A stretch of 64,000 nucleotides of DNA from Haliotis cracherodii (lineage: Eukaryota): contig NW_027266266.1 of the NCBI RefSeq assembly GCF_022045235.1, positions 1,674,001-1,738,000 on the forward strand, in the 5' to 3' direction. Shown here one piece after another: positions 1 through 12,240 of this stretch (within the stretch, counting starts at the first letter, position 1; each line of letters begins with the position of its first letter). A model generated the notes under the pieces. It saw only the letters and a list, made by a program, of their open reading frames with translations, did no database searches and was not told where the DNA came from. The translations under genes and the position numbers were made by a program.

Positions 1-290
1 TATAGAATGCAGAGCGAATTTAATACGTGTGACGATCTTGTTTGGTTTAATAAAGTGTTGTAAATATATCTCGCTTTGGTAATATACCTTCACTTCTGCC
101 ATGTAGTTGTAAAACTGAATGACGAAAGGCGATAGTTATGAATGAAAAAGTACTCCCGTGTGACAGAGGTCACGGTTATCCATTCAAAATGAATAAAACG
201 AGGTTCACCTTGTACGACACACGTGTGTCGTACGGATTGAGTATCTTGAAACCTGTTTTCTTCACCACGTGGCATGGGTAATAAAGTACT

Positions 291-448
291 GGACATCATG
301 AGGATCGATCCACGCAATTGGGATACGATGACGTGCATCAACCAAATCAGCGAGTCTGACCACCCGATCAAAGTCGCCTCTTACGACAAGAATAGTCGCC
401 TTTTATGACAAGCATGGAAGAGCCATTCTATACCGGATCTTGACGGGT
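291..448 (-). mobile_element. SINE family C fragment (central domain CATGCTTGTCGTAAGAGGCGACT; MetaSINE-like from memory)
   Basis: Dispersed in both orientations; equivalent copies at 27100-27254, 42973-43109, 57910-58050. Confidence 0.7.
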
Positions 449-661
449 CTTTAAGTTTACTGGTGTACATCAGACACAAAAGGCAGCAATTGGTTGCCAC
501 ATTTTGTAAGGACAGACGGACCACGTTGACCAGACAGTTTAGTTATTGCTGGCTGAAGGTCCTAGCTTCGCCACTGATGAGCTTCTGGTCAGTGTCATTA
601 CACAAGGTATTTAACATGTATGGTTTCCTAATTGATAAAGGGTCAGCATTGCAGCTTATCA

Positions 662-697
662 AATCCAACGAATCCAACGAATCCAACGAATCCAACG
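662..697 (+). repeat. (AATCCAACG)4 at a deletion junction
   Basis: Four perfect 9-mers; single copy in the paralog at about 44354. Confidence 0.95.
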
Positions 698-865
698 TCG
701 GCTTTTTGACAGCTGGTGCAGCTATGTATATGGTAGTGAAGACCAATTTCATTTTGTTCTTCCTTTGTGAAAATGTTTCACCCGGGTGTCCGATTTACCG
801 TCACAGGTGGAGTGTGTCCATGTCCGTGCCAGGAGCGCATGCTTTCCTTCGTAGTATTTTGGAAC
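689..865 (+). pseudogene. Copy of the exon-4 relic
   Basis: Paralogous to 44354-44535 (agctatgtatatggtagtgaagac...ccgtcacaggtggagtg...gtccgtgccaggagcg). Confidence 0.65.
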
Positions 866-1763
866 GGTGTCTCTGCGGTAACTGGTGCACACCATAGATA
901 CTGTTCTTTTAACAGTTGATGTTTGAACACAGAAATGTACAATGAGCACAGCTTGTAATACGAAAAGTCAGATACAGAAGCTCACTGATCTTCAGTGTGG
1001 TGGGGTACTCGTTTGCGAAATGGTTCCTCATAATAGAGTCACATATGTTGTGTCGTTTTTACTTAAAAGCAATTAAAACACACCTGTGACGTCATTCCAT
1101 TGTTTGAACGCTCCATTATCTTTCAGGAATAGAGAGTTGCTTGTCAACTGTACATTATCTTGAAGCAACATTTGAATTAATTTCCACTTGAAACAGACGG
1201 AACTATTTTTTTACATTTATTTACAAGTGAATATTTTCAGTTTTTTTCGAAAACTTCTGTCGCCAGCGCTGTTCAAACCCGCATCGTTAGATTTGAAAAC
1301 GTGTAATTGTCAACCTCAGCTACTGCGGCACATGAAGGCATGATGTGAAATTAACTATTAAATATTTTCATAATGATATGTATATATTTTGTGTTAGAGC
1401 AGGTTACCCCCAACAATGTTCATATTTATAGATAGTTAGATAAAACTTTGACGAGAAAAAACAAATAAGGTATTATAAATATCGCTTGTTCAGGGCTCTA
1501 TATTTCCAATTATACCCATCAGCATGTATTAACAATGTGCAACCGATTGATAAATACTAGTTTAGGACCCAACAAAATTATGAAGAGCCGTGTACCATGC
1601 ATTGTTAATGTCTACTCGCCACTGAGCTTGGCGCACGTGCAACAGCGGCAGAGAACACATTCCTCGTGCATCACACAAGGTCGACTCACGCAGTATAAAT
1701 ACAGACAACAAAGAGTTCTGGTTTATTTTTTAAATATTTTCAACTACAGAATATTTGTCAAAG

Positions 1764-2950
1764 TGTAAAAGTAGGGATGAGTTTTAAGTAGGGGAATATC
1801 TTCGTGTAGAAATATTGAAATTTCCTCTGATTATGTAGGATAGATGGTAGCATTTACGTGCTTAATAGCTCCTTACCGATATGTAGTTCGCTTGGGACAG
1901 CACGTTTCAGATCTTGCCCCACGTGCGGGCACGTGCGTTTGTCGGCTGCATGCCGATTTAGTGTTTACAGTCGTGGGTCGTATGGTAAGAGAGCTCCGAT
2001 TGGTTGGTGACAGACTGGATTAGCCAGTGGCTGCACCGTTTAGACGTGTTGACCCAGAGGTTACATGTCCTTGCGAGTATATAAGAGATAGGCGCGAATG
2101 CTCTCATTGTCTTGCATGATCTGGAAGATCATTAGGAGGGAGGGAGACCACACCAAATTACCGTGTTCGTAGGACGAACAATTCCCCAATCCCTAGTGAT
2201 TTTAGGCAATAAAGATCTAAATTCTGTGGCAACTTTAGAATTCATGGGTAAATTGTTATAAAGCTGGGTTGGACGGGTGGATTTAATTAGGAAATAATGT
2301 CAGCTATGTGATGTAGTTACATTGACCGATCGTGTTCGGAGGACAAACAAATCCCCAATCCCTAGTGATTTTAGGCAATAAAGATCTAAATTATGTGGCA
2401 ACTTTAGAATTCATGGGTAAATTGTCATAAAGCTGGGTTGGACGGGTGGATTTAATCAGGAAATAATGTAAGCTATGTGATGTAGCTACATTGACCGATT
2501 GTGTTTGGAGGTTTGGAAGGGTGGTTTGTTTTCATAGACTGTGTTAAGGATGTTGTAGGGATTAAAGTGGGTTAGTGAGGGGTTTGTTCGTTTGCTTTAG
2601 GCTGTTTAGTGTTTTATTTTGAGGGTATAAGTAAGTAGGATTTTTGAGTTAATAATGTAAATTTTAGTTAGGAATAGGATTGATTGATTTGTAATTGTTG
2701 TTGAGTTCGTATTTATATTTTGTTACAGTTGGTTTTTTTCGTTTTGTTTATTTTTCTGTAGTAAACTGTTGAAACTTGATTATATTTTGTTGTGAATCAC
2801 CTCCCTACATCGAACGAACTGAGGTCGTAAAGGACAGACAGAGGGACATAGACACCTTCTTTAGTATTTTCGGCATTAATATCTTCAGAATAAAAGAATC
2901 ACAACGCAAAGTCATGGTGTCCTAAAGTGCCCAAAGCCTGTCCTGTTACA
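1764..2950 (+). repeat. 5' LTR of the Gypsy element
   Basis: TG...CA termini, TATATAA at 2078-2084, AATAAA near the end; last 73 bp repeated at 7140-7212. Start coordinate uncertain. Confidence 0.7.
2162..2499 (+). repeat. 169-bp tandem duplication inside the 5' LTR
   Basis: 2162-2330 and 2331-2499 are nearly identical. Confidence 0.9.
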
Positions 2951-2954
2951 TTTT

Positions 2955-2972
2955 TGGTGCCGAGACCAGGAT
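2955..2972 (+). promoter_or_regulatory. Primer binding site, probably tRNA-His
   Basis: TGGTGCCGAGACCAGGAT, 4 nt after the LTR end; close to the complement of the invertebrate tRNA-His(GUG) 3' end (TGGTGCCGTGACCAGGAT, recalled). Confidence 0.75.
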
Positions 2973-3038
2973 GTAGTGGTATTGGTGATTTATACTGAAA
3001 TTTATTAATTGAGATTAAATTAAGGATAGTTTGTTAAA

Positions 3039-4540
3039 ATGAATGCAAGTGAACAGGATTTTGACTTGTTCAACTTCAGTTTCTTGTCACCTCCCTCTGA
3101 AGATAGTTTTCATGGTCTTCCATCTAGACCAGGAGTATTTACTTCTACCCCTAGACCGAGTGGATTTACACCAGGGTCGCAAACATTGATAGATGTAGGG
3201 ATGAATGCATCCAGTGCAAACATGTTCCCACAATCAAACTCAGGTTATCCCTCATTTTGGGACCAGAATGTGATGTGATGTGAGTACTCAAGAAGTAAAC
3301 GACAGCAGGTCTGTTAGATTTGATATACCAGTAGATGTTAGTGAGGGTAATAGGTTACCATATAGAGTTAACCCCATTGTAGGAGGAAGCATTTATCCTT
3401 CTTCGCAGAGCAGTCGACAAGTAGATAGGATGGATAGCACACTCTGTCCTGATTTCGGAGGAAGACATGGTAGGCCCAGAGAAGAAACCTCCTCACGTTT
3501 TCTTTCTGATGGCAATGAAAGAATACCAAGCAGAAATTTGAAAATGACTAGAAGGCAAAAACAACCTGACACTTCCGATGGTAAAACTAGTGACTGGCAG
3601 GATTACATGGTGCATTTTGAGCAGGTCACCAACTGGAATGGTTGGAATGAGCAAGAGAAGGCTCAACAGCTCTAAATGAGTTTACGGGGGGCAGCTCAAA
3701 AGATGCTAAGCAGTTTAACCTTTGGGCAGTAGGGTGATTATAATGCCATCAGAAATGTCCTTCAACAAAGGTTTAATCCCAGGGAAAGGAGTGTTGCCTA
3801 TCGTTGTGAGTTTCGAAACAGGAGCCAAGAAAAAGATGAATCAGTCACTGATTATGGTTATCAATTGCGCAGGCTAGCCCTTTTGGCTTACCCAGAAGTG
3901 CCATACATGGCTCTAGAGATGCAGATCATAGACCAATTTGTCACTGGGCTAACCTCATTTGAAATGAAAAAGCAAGTGACCTTTAGCCATCCACACACTC
4001 TGGATGAGGCCATTTCTTCCGCACTTAGAATACAAAGCAATGGAAGGCAATAGGGCTAGAAAACCTGTAGAAGGGAAAGTTAGTGTTGTTCAAAGTTCAC
4101 CTGATCAAGAACATAGGGAAAAAAGGAACAGTGAGGTAGGACTAGGTGACATTTTGAAACTGATAGAAGAGAAGTTTAAAACTCTCAAGGGTTCGAATGG
4201 TCAGTCTAGGCTCAGACAAAAAGGTTGTTTCTATTGTCAGGAGAAAGACCACTTTAGGGACTATTGTCCAAAACTGCTGGCGAAATTAACTAAGAACTTA
4301 GCACTAACAGGGCAGACCGAAAAACATATAGGGGCTGAAGTAGAGGCCGTTGCTTCAGCCACTTGTCAGTCGATAGAGAGGCCATGTGCTGAGTTAGAGG
4401 TTGTGAGCCAAGTGGAGCAAGTTCCACTCCTACCAAATATTAGTATTACAACAGAAGTTTCTTCAGTTGATCAAGAAAAAGTACCTGTTAGTCTTCGGAA
4501 TGTGCAGGGCGATCCTAATTTCCTGTATATGGATATCCTC
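3039..4540 (+). pseudogene. gag: Gypsy gag, disrupted
   Basis: DGKTSDWQDYMVHFEQVTNWNGWNEQEKAQQL capsid-like motif; QIIDQFVTGL; zinc knuckle CFYCQEKDHFRDYC at 4226-4267; in-frame stops and frameshifts. Confidence 0.85.
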
Positions 4541-7139
4541 TTTGAACAAAGGCTATTGTAGTACTTTGATTGATACAGGTTCACCTATTTCTCTACTTTC
4601 TCATGCTGACTTTAGAAGGTTGGGGTTCGAGGACTCGTTGCTCGTCCAAACGAACATCAACCTCACTACTGCTAATGGAAAGGATATAGATGTCAAGGGG
4701 CAGTTTACAGTTCAGTTTAGCTCGGGACGTTCAAGTTTTGAACAGAGTTTTGTGGTTGCTGACCTTGACAAGTTATCTGGAATCCTCGGCATGGACTTTT
4801 TGGAGAAATGTAGGGGCGAAATCAAAATTGTTAAGCAGGAATTGAAAACCCGCAAAGGCAAGATTAAACTGCACAAACTGAAGACTTACAACTGTTCGCG
4901 AGTAAGAGTGACAGAAAGAACCAAAATCCCAGCCCATTCTGAGAAAATGAAAGTTTGTAAAGCTGATACAAATCAGTTAGAACATGTCGGTGTAATTGAA
5001 CCTAATAAGTACTGGCGGAATAAGGGTCTTTTTGTCGCAAGGAGTTTGGTTCAGTCAGACAGAGAACAGTTGGTGATATCAGTACTGAATTTTCAGTGGA
5101 AAAGGGGTGAATTTGGAACCATTATCAGTTATGGGCCCAGTGAATGCTGTAGATCAGACAGTGGAAGACTTACCTGTTAGTAAGGGAACCTATACTGAAA
5201 ACAATATCTTCCTGAGCACTTGCAAACCTTAGTTGAGGCTAGTTCAGCTGATCTCTCAACGGAACAAAAACAGTCTGTGGCAAAGTTAGTTGGTGAGTTT
5301 CATGATGTCTTAGCTGACATAGATGGGTGCATTGGTCAGACTGACTTAGTGACCCATAAGATAGACACTGGGGAGGCCCATCCAATAAAGTTACCAGCCC
5401 GTAGGTTACCAAGTGCTAGCAAAATTGTAGTGGAGGAAGAGGTTGACAAAATGTTAAAACAGGGTATTGTAGAACCAAGTGACAGTCCCTGGTCAGCTCC
5501 TGTTTGTCTGGTTACTAAAAAGGATGGCAGTATTCGTTTCTGTATTGATTTTAGGAAGCTGAATTCCGTAACTTTACGAGATGCTTATCCTCTACCTCGG
5601 ATTGATGATACACTTGAGAATCTTAGTGGGGCTCAATGGTTCAATACTTTGGACCTTGCTAGTGGATACTGGCAGGTGGAAATGGATAAAAGAACAAATC
5701 AAAAACAGCTTTCACCACTCATTTTGGGCTTTTTCACTTTAACGTGATGCCATTTGGACTTACAAATGCCCCAGCTACGTTCGAAAGACTGATGGACAGA
5801 GTACTCGGTACACTCAAGTGGAAAAGATGTTTGTGCTATTTGGATGACATTATTGTCTTTAGGTCGGATTTTGCCGGAGCATTAGAAAATCTTAGGTTGG
5901 TGTTTACACAATTGAAATTAGCAAAATTGAAATGAAAACCACAAAAATGTGTGCTTTTTCAAAAAGAAGTAGCTTTCTTGGGACATGTCGTATCCAAAGA
6001 TGGTATCCAATGTAACACTGAGAAAACAAAAGCCATTGAATCATGGCCAAAACCTCTAAATAGGTCTGAGGTTCATAGTTTCTTAGGGTTAGTTGGATAC
6101 TATCGTCATTTCGTCTAAGACTTTGCAAACATTGCTGCGCCACTCACAAGGTTGATCCGGAAACATGTTCGATTTAAGTGGGATGAGGATTGTGAACATG
6201 CTTTTCAAAGCTGAAACAAAACTTGGTTACTGCTCCCATACTAGCTTTCCCCCAAGATGAAGGTCAGTTCGTGTTAGATACCGATGCCAGTGCTTATGGC
6301 ATTGGAGCAGTGTTGTCACAGGTTCAAATTGATGGACAAGAAAGGGTACTTGCATATGCTAGTAAAACTCTGAATCAAGCTCAACAAAACTATTGTACCA
6401 CTAAGCGTGAACCTCTGGCTGTTGTCACTTTCTTAAAGCAATTTAGACATTTCCTATACGGACGTAGGTTCTTGCTTAGAACTGATCATGCACATCTCAT
6501 CTGGCTTAAAAATTTCAAAGATCCGGAGGGAATGCTAGCACGTTGGTTAAGTGTCATTGAGACTTACAATATTGACATTCAGTATAGGTCTGGTACAAAG
6601 CATAAAAATGCAGATGCGTTGTCAAGGAAACCAACTCGAAAATGTAAGAACACAACTTGTATTGACTGCAGAGAGGAATCCTCTGCTGTGTTCTCTGATT
6701 CAGCCGGATCTGATCAGTCTGTTTTGTATTTGGAGGTACAAGTTGGGAGGCATGATCAGGAAACCCAGACGATCAATCATATTGCAATACCTACAAGTAG
6801 GAATATAGGCAATTCTGAAAACACATCTAATTGGCTACCCGTTTGGACTAAAGACGAGTTACTCAAAATGCAGCAAGACGATCCTAGTATCGGTCCTATT
6901 CTGAATAGATTAAAGGCATCAGCTGACAAACCATTAAAAACTGACATAGTTGATCTGAACTCGGACGCCAAGTGTCTTTGGGGTCAGTGGGATTCACTCA
7001 CACTTCAAAATCAATTACTGTATAGGAAAACTTCTTTGCATGTAGGAGGGGAGCTTTTGCAACTTATTGCACCAGAAGCTATCAGGGAAGAAGTTTTCAG
7101 TCATTTACATACTAAACGTACAGCAGGACATTTTGGCAG
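4541..7139 (+). pseudogene. pol: Gypsy pol (protease-RT-RNase H-start of integrase), disrupted
   Basis: LIDTGS protease (4572); RT motifs SPWSAP, RFCIDFRKLN, YPLPRIDD, LDLASGYWQ, MPFGLTNAPATF, YLDD (5837-5848); RNase H DTDASAYGIGAVLSQ, TDH, NADALSR; integrase HLH...AGHFG then truncated. Confidence 0.93.
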
Positions 7140-7212
7140 AATATCTTCAGAATAAAAGAATCACAACGCAAAGTCATGGTGTCCTAAAGTGTCAAAAGCC
7201 TGTCCTGTTACA
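7140..7212 (+). repeat. 3' LTR remnant (73 bp)
   Basis: Matches 2878-2950 with 2 mismatches. Confidence 0.9.
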
Positions 7213-7299
7213 CTCATAACTCTCCATACCTTAAAAATAATGGGCCTCAGACGTTCCCCTCTACGTAACGTACTCGATGATTCTATAATGAAGCGTCCC

Positions 7300-7545
7300 A
7301 GCCTTAAAGAAATGAGTCCAGTTGTAATCGTTCTGTTTATTAGTGATACAAGCCTAAGGGCAAGAGCCCTATTGTAATCGTTCAGTTTATTGGTGATCCA
7401 AGCCTAATAGGCAAGAGCCCTATTGTAATCGTTTCGTTCATTAGATATCCAAGCCTGAAAGGCAAGAGCCCTATTGTAATCGATCTGTTTATTAGTGATC
7501 CAAGCCCAATAGGCAAGAGCCCTATTATAATCGTTGTGGTTATCA
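7300..7545 (+). repeat. 51-bp tandem repeat (about 5 units)
   Basis: ggcaagagccctattgtaatcg recurs at 7359, 7410, 7461, 7512. Confidence 0.9.
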
Positions 7546-9289
7546 CTTATTTCTATTTATTATTTATTATTCCGCAGTTTGTTTTGTACAAGAGATAACT
7601 CAACAACCCATCATCAGCATCTTGATATCATGTGAAGTAGATTGCACAAAGATCCGAAGACTCTGTGCCCAACGTCCAATAGCAGGCAATTCCAAAATAA
7701 TTAACTAAAAGCAACTATATCAGAAACCAATAGTCCATTGGAGAAAACGTATTATTTCTGAGAGGGGGTAACAAACTTGATCCATATAGCGGGAATTACT
7801 ATGAACTTTGTACATTATTCACCAAGAGCCATATACTAGTAACTTTCAATCTAACTGATTGTTTTTGAGGGATGTGTTCCTTTGGTCACATGTATTCCGA
7901 ATAAATAAGTTATGTACTTCAATCTAGCTTTGCAATAAATTGAGCTAGAGTTACAATACTTTCGGTTGAAAAGTTCTAGGCAGGCAGCCTAGTTTGAAAT
8001 AATTCAAAAACAATAGGTGCATTTGTTTTTTGTCTAAACCGAGACAGCACCATGGGTCAGATATGATTTAATGCTGTAAGAATTTTTTTAGCTATTTCCG
8101 GAAATTAGACAATTGAAACACTAATAGTTTTCTTGTAAAACTTGTGACTTTATTACGTGTGTTATTAAACCTCAAATGACATAATTCAAAAACAGAAAGT
8201 ACTAATACTTTTGTTATATATTGAGCTAGAACTATTTGACTAATTCAAGATGTTAAGTTTGCATACAATTTTCTTCCGGAACCAGAAGTGATGATTTCTT
8301 TAAGCATCTAGATGAGGATCTCATGGCAACATGTATCTCACTAAGAATAGCATCTACATGTACATGAGTTTACAGAATACTTTGTACGTGGTCCAACTGA
8401 TTTACACACGCGGTCGCTGTCTGATTTTACGTCACATCAAAAGAGTTTGGCAAGTACATTGTTTTAGAATAAAAGGAAATTTAAAAGTCAATGCCAGAGA
8501 GGAATCAGTCTCGATTAACTTCCGAAACAAATTCCATTGGGCGTAAGTTAAGAATTAAATAAATGGATAATCTCTTCTCTGCGGAGCTGTGCAAGTATCA
8601 ACATGTTACATCATTACCGAGGGCTGATCAATGTCCACCCAAAGTCATTTTGCTGGTATTTTCAAGCAACACTTAACCCAAATTGGACATTTAAGTTGTA
8701 GATCAACAAGAATGAAAAAATATATTTTAAGATCTATGCACAAAGAATCAGAGTGCCTAAAAACATATGCACAAATATATATGACCAGACGCATTACTTC
8801 AAATAGTCAACATTCGCTACATAATGGAGCCGTTTCAAGCAGCTTGAACCTTTAGTTTCAACATTTCACAACTTAAGATACAATCGAGCATGCCCTTTCT
8901 TCGAATCTTTCAAAGAGCGTCATACAGGTCCTACAGCTCAAAAGTTGTTTGATCAAGGTCAAAAGATTCAAGGCCTTGTAAAGCTTTCAGAACGTTTTAG
9001 GGTGCAGATGTGAAGGGCAGTTCTAAATTTGATTTTGGTGATTTTACTATGCTTCAGTGTAACGGAACAATGCTGATCCGTTCACACAGAAGGCATAGAC
9101 AGCTTACATCGTGGCTCAAATATATACGACACATCTATTTTCCTATACCTGAGACAGTCCTGCTGAAAGCATCATCAATTCTCTATTGAATTACATTATC
9201 TCAGTGTAATCCTTCATTCGTCCTGTAGTACTGATAGTCAATATGTAAAGACGATTTCATCCGGCACCTGACATGTTGACGCACGTCGG

Positions 9290-9548
9290 ATTTGTAGCTA
9301 CCATAATGACCACCGTCACATCGCGCATTTAGACGTTGCTATCACATGTCCAAGGAGGGATATGTGATTTGTAGCTTCCACAATAGCCACCGTCACATCA
9401 CGCAGTAACTCGTTGTTATCACACTTTCAAGGAAGAATATGTGATTTGTAGCTTCCACAATAGCCACCGCCACATCTCGCAGTAACTCGTTAATATCACA
9501 CATCCAAGGGGGTATATGTGATTTGCCGCTTCCGTAATGACCACTTTA
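9290..9548 (+). repeat. 77-bp tandem repeat (about 3.5 units)
   Basis: Unit atatgtgatttgtagcttccacaatagccaccgtcacatcacgcagtaactcgttgttatcacacgtccaagg. Confidence 0.85.
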
Positions 9549-9584
9549 AGCACTCAGTCTGGTTGTGCTTATACCCGGCCGCCA

Positions 9585-12238
9585 AGACATTGGTGTACTG
9601 ATGACTGACTTCCATGATATTGCTGTACTCATGACTGCCATGACATTTTTGTGCTAATGACTGACTACCTAGACATTAATGTGTTCATGACTGACCGCCA
9701 TGATATATGTGTACTCATGACTGACTTCCCAGACATTGGTGTACTCATGACTGAGTGCCATGACATTGGTGTACTCATGACTGACTGCCATGACATTGGT
9801 GTACTCATGACTGACTGCCATGACCTTGGTGTACTCATGACTGACTGCCATGACATTGGTGTACTCATGACTGACTGCCATGACATTGGTGTACTCATGA
9901 CTGACTGCCATGACATTGGTGTACTCATGACTGACTGCCATGACATTTGTGTACTCATGACTGACTACTATGACATTGGTGTACTCATGACTGACTGCCA
10001 TGACATTGGTGTACTCATGACTGACTGCCATGACATTGGTGTACTCATGACTGACTGCCATGACATTGGTGTACTCATGACTGACTGCCATGACATTGGT
10101 GTACTCATGACTGACTGCCATGACATTGGTGTACTCATGACTGACTGCCATGTTATTAGTGTACTCATGACTGACTGCCATGACATTGGTGTACTCATGA
10201 CTGACTGCCATGACATTGGTGTACTCATGACTGAGTGCCATGACATTGGTGTACTCATGACTGACTGCCATGACATTGGTGTACTCATGACTGACTGCCA
10301 TGACATTGGTGTACTCATGACTGAGTGCCATGACATTGGTGTACTCATGCCTGACTGCCTTGACATTGGTGTACACATGACTGACTGCCATGACATTGGT
10401 GTACTCATGACTGACTGCCATGACATTGGTGTACTCATGACTGACTGCCATGACATTGGTGTACTCATGACTGACTGCCATGACATTGGTGTACTCATGA
10501 CTGACTGCCATGACATTGGTGTACTCATGACTGACTGCCATGACATTGGTGTACTCATGACTGACTGCCATGTTATTAGTGTACTCATGACTGACTGCCA
10601 TGACATTGGTGTACTCATGACTGACTGCCATGACATTGGTGTACTCATGACTGAGTGCCATGACATTGGTGTACTCATGACTGACTGCCATGACATTGGT
10701 GTACTCATGACTGACTGCCATGACATTGGTGTACTCATGACTGAGTGCCATGACATTGGTGTACTCATGCCTGACTGCCTTGATATTGGTGTACACATGA
10801 CTGACTGCCATGACATTGGTGTACTCATGACTGACTGCCATGACATTGGTGTACTCATGACTGACTGCCATGTTATTAGTGTACTCATGACTGAGTGCCA
10901 TGACATTGGTGTACTCATGACTGACTGCCTTGACATTGGTGTACTCATGACTGACTGCTATGACATTGGTGTACTCATGACTGACTGCCTTGACATTGGT
11001 GTACTCATGACTGACTGCTATGACATTGGTGTACTCATGACTGACTGCCATGACATTGGTGTACTCATGACTGACTGCCATGACATTGGTGTACTCATGC
11101 CTGGCCGTCATGACATTGGTGTACTCATGACTGAGTGCCATGACATTGGTGTACTCATGACTGACTGCCATGACATTGATAAGCTCATGACTGACTGCCA
11201 TGACATTGGTGTGCTCATGACTGACTGCCATGACATTGGTGTGCTCATGACTGACTGCCATGACATTGGTGTGCTTATGACTGACTACTATGACATTGGT
11301 GTACTCATGACTGAGTGCCATGACATTGGTGTACTCATGACTGACTGCCTTGACATTGGTGTACTCATGACTGACTGCTATGACATTGGTGTACTCATGA
11401 CTGACTGCTATGACATTGGTGTACTCATGACTGACCGCCATGACATTTGTGTACTCATGACTGACTGCTATGACATTGGTGTACTCATGACTGAGTGCCA
11501 TGACATTGGTGTACTCATGACTTTTTGCCATGACATTGGTGTACTCATGCCTGGCCGTCATGACATGGGTGAACTCATGACTGAGTGCCATGACATTGGT
11601 GTACTCATGACTGACTGCCATGACATTGGTGTACTCATGACTGACTGCCATGACATTGGTGTACTCATGACTGACTGCCATGACATTGTTGTACTCATGA
11701 CTGACTGCCTTGACATTTGTGTACTCATGACTGACTGCTATGACATTGGTGTCCTCATGACTGAACGCCATGACATTGGTGTACTCATGACTGAGTGCCA
11801 TGACATTGGTGTACTCATGACTGACTGCCATGACATTGGTGTACTCATGACTGACTGCCATGACATTGGTGTATTTATGACTGACTGCCATGACATTGGT
11901 GTACTCATGACTGACTGCCATGACATTGGTGTACTCATGTCTGACTGCCATGACATTGGTGTACTCATGACTGACTGCCATGACATTGGTGTACTCATGA
12001 CTGAGTGCCATGACATTGGTGTACTCATGTCTGACTGCCATGACATTGGTGTACTCATGACTGACTGCCATGACATTGGTGTACTCATGACTGACTGCAC
12101 AGACATTGGTGTACTCAGGACTTACTACCATGGTATTAATGTGTTCATGACTAACTGCCATGACATTGGTTAATCCATGACTGACTGAAATAACATGTGT
12201 GTGCTCATGCGTGGCTGCCATGACATTGGTTTACTCAT
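9585..12238. repeat. 30-bp minisatellite, about 88 units (TGACTGACTGCCATGACATTGGTGTACTCA)
   Basis: Near-perfect 30-bp period, degenerate at both edges. Confidence 0.97.
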
Positions 12239-12240
12239 AC

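Larger units (their letters stand above)
1764..7212 (+). mobile_element. Decayed Ty3/Gypsy LTR retrotransposon with internal 3' deletion
   Basis: LTR-PBS-gag(CCHC)-PR-RT-RH-truncated IN order; LTR ends in GTTACA at both 2950 and 7212. The left boundary is inferred from TGTAAAAG (imperfect inverse of CTGTTACA); no TSD found. Confidence 0.9.
1073..7264. mobile_element. Copy-specific 6.2-kb insertion: unclassified outer sequence (1073-1763, 7213-7264) enclosing a Gypsy provirus
   Basis: The empty site ttacttaaaagcaa|gtaacgtactcg is intact in paralogous spacers at about 44731-44756 and 60650-60675; here it is split at 1072/7265. Confidence 0.7.

Noticed and set aside
2103-2110. CTCAT|TGT as the Gypsy 5' boundary with TSD matching CTCAT at 7213-7217
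   Set aside because: It lies about 25 nt downstream of the LTR TATA box and looks like the initiator, so the LTR should start further upstream. Probably coincidental, but not excluded without family alignment.
9651-12221. 840-aa (+) and 850-aa (-) ORFs (MTDCHDIGVL / MAVSHEYTNV repeats) as real proteins
   Set aside because: They are products of a stop-free 30-bp unit. Paralogous arrays use 26-, 29- and 36-bp units and different variants that break these frames; there is no unique N- or C-terminal domain or splice context.
9585-12238. CRISPR-like array
   Set aside because: Head-to-tail repeats without unique spacers, no cas genes, eukaryotic context.
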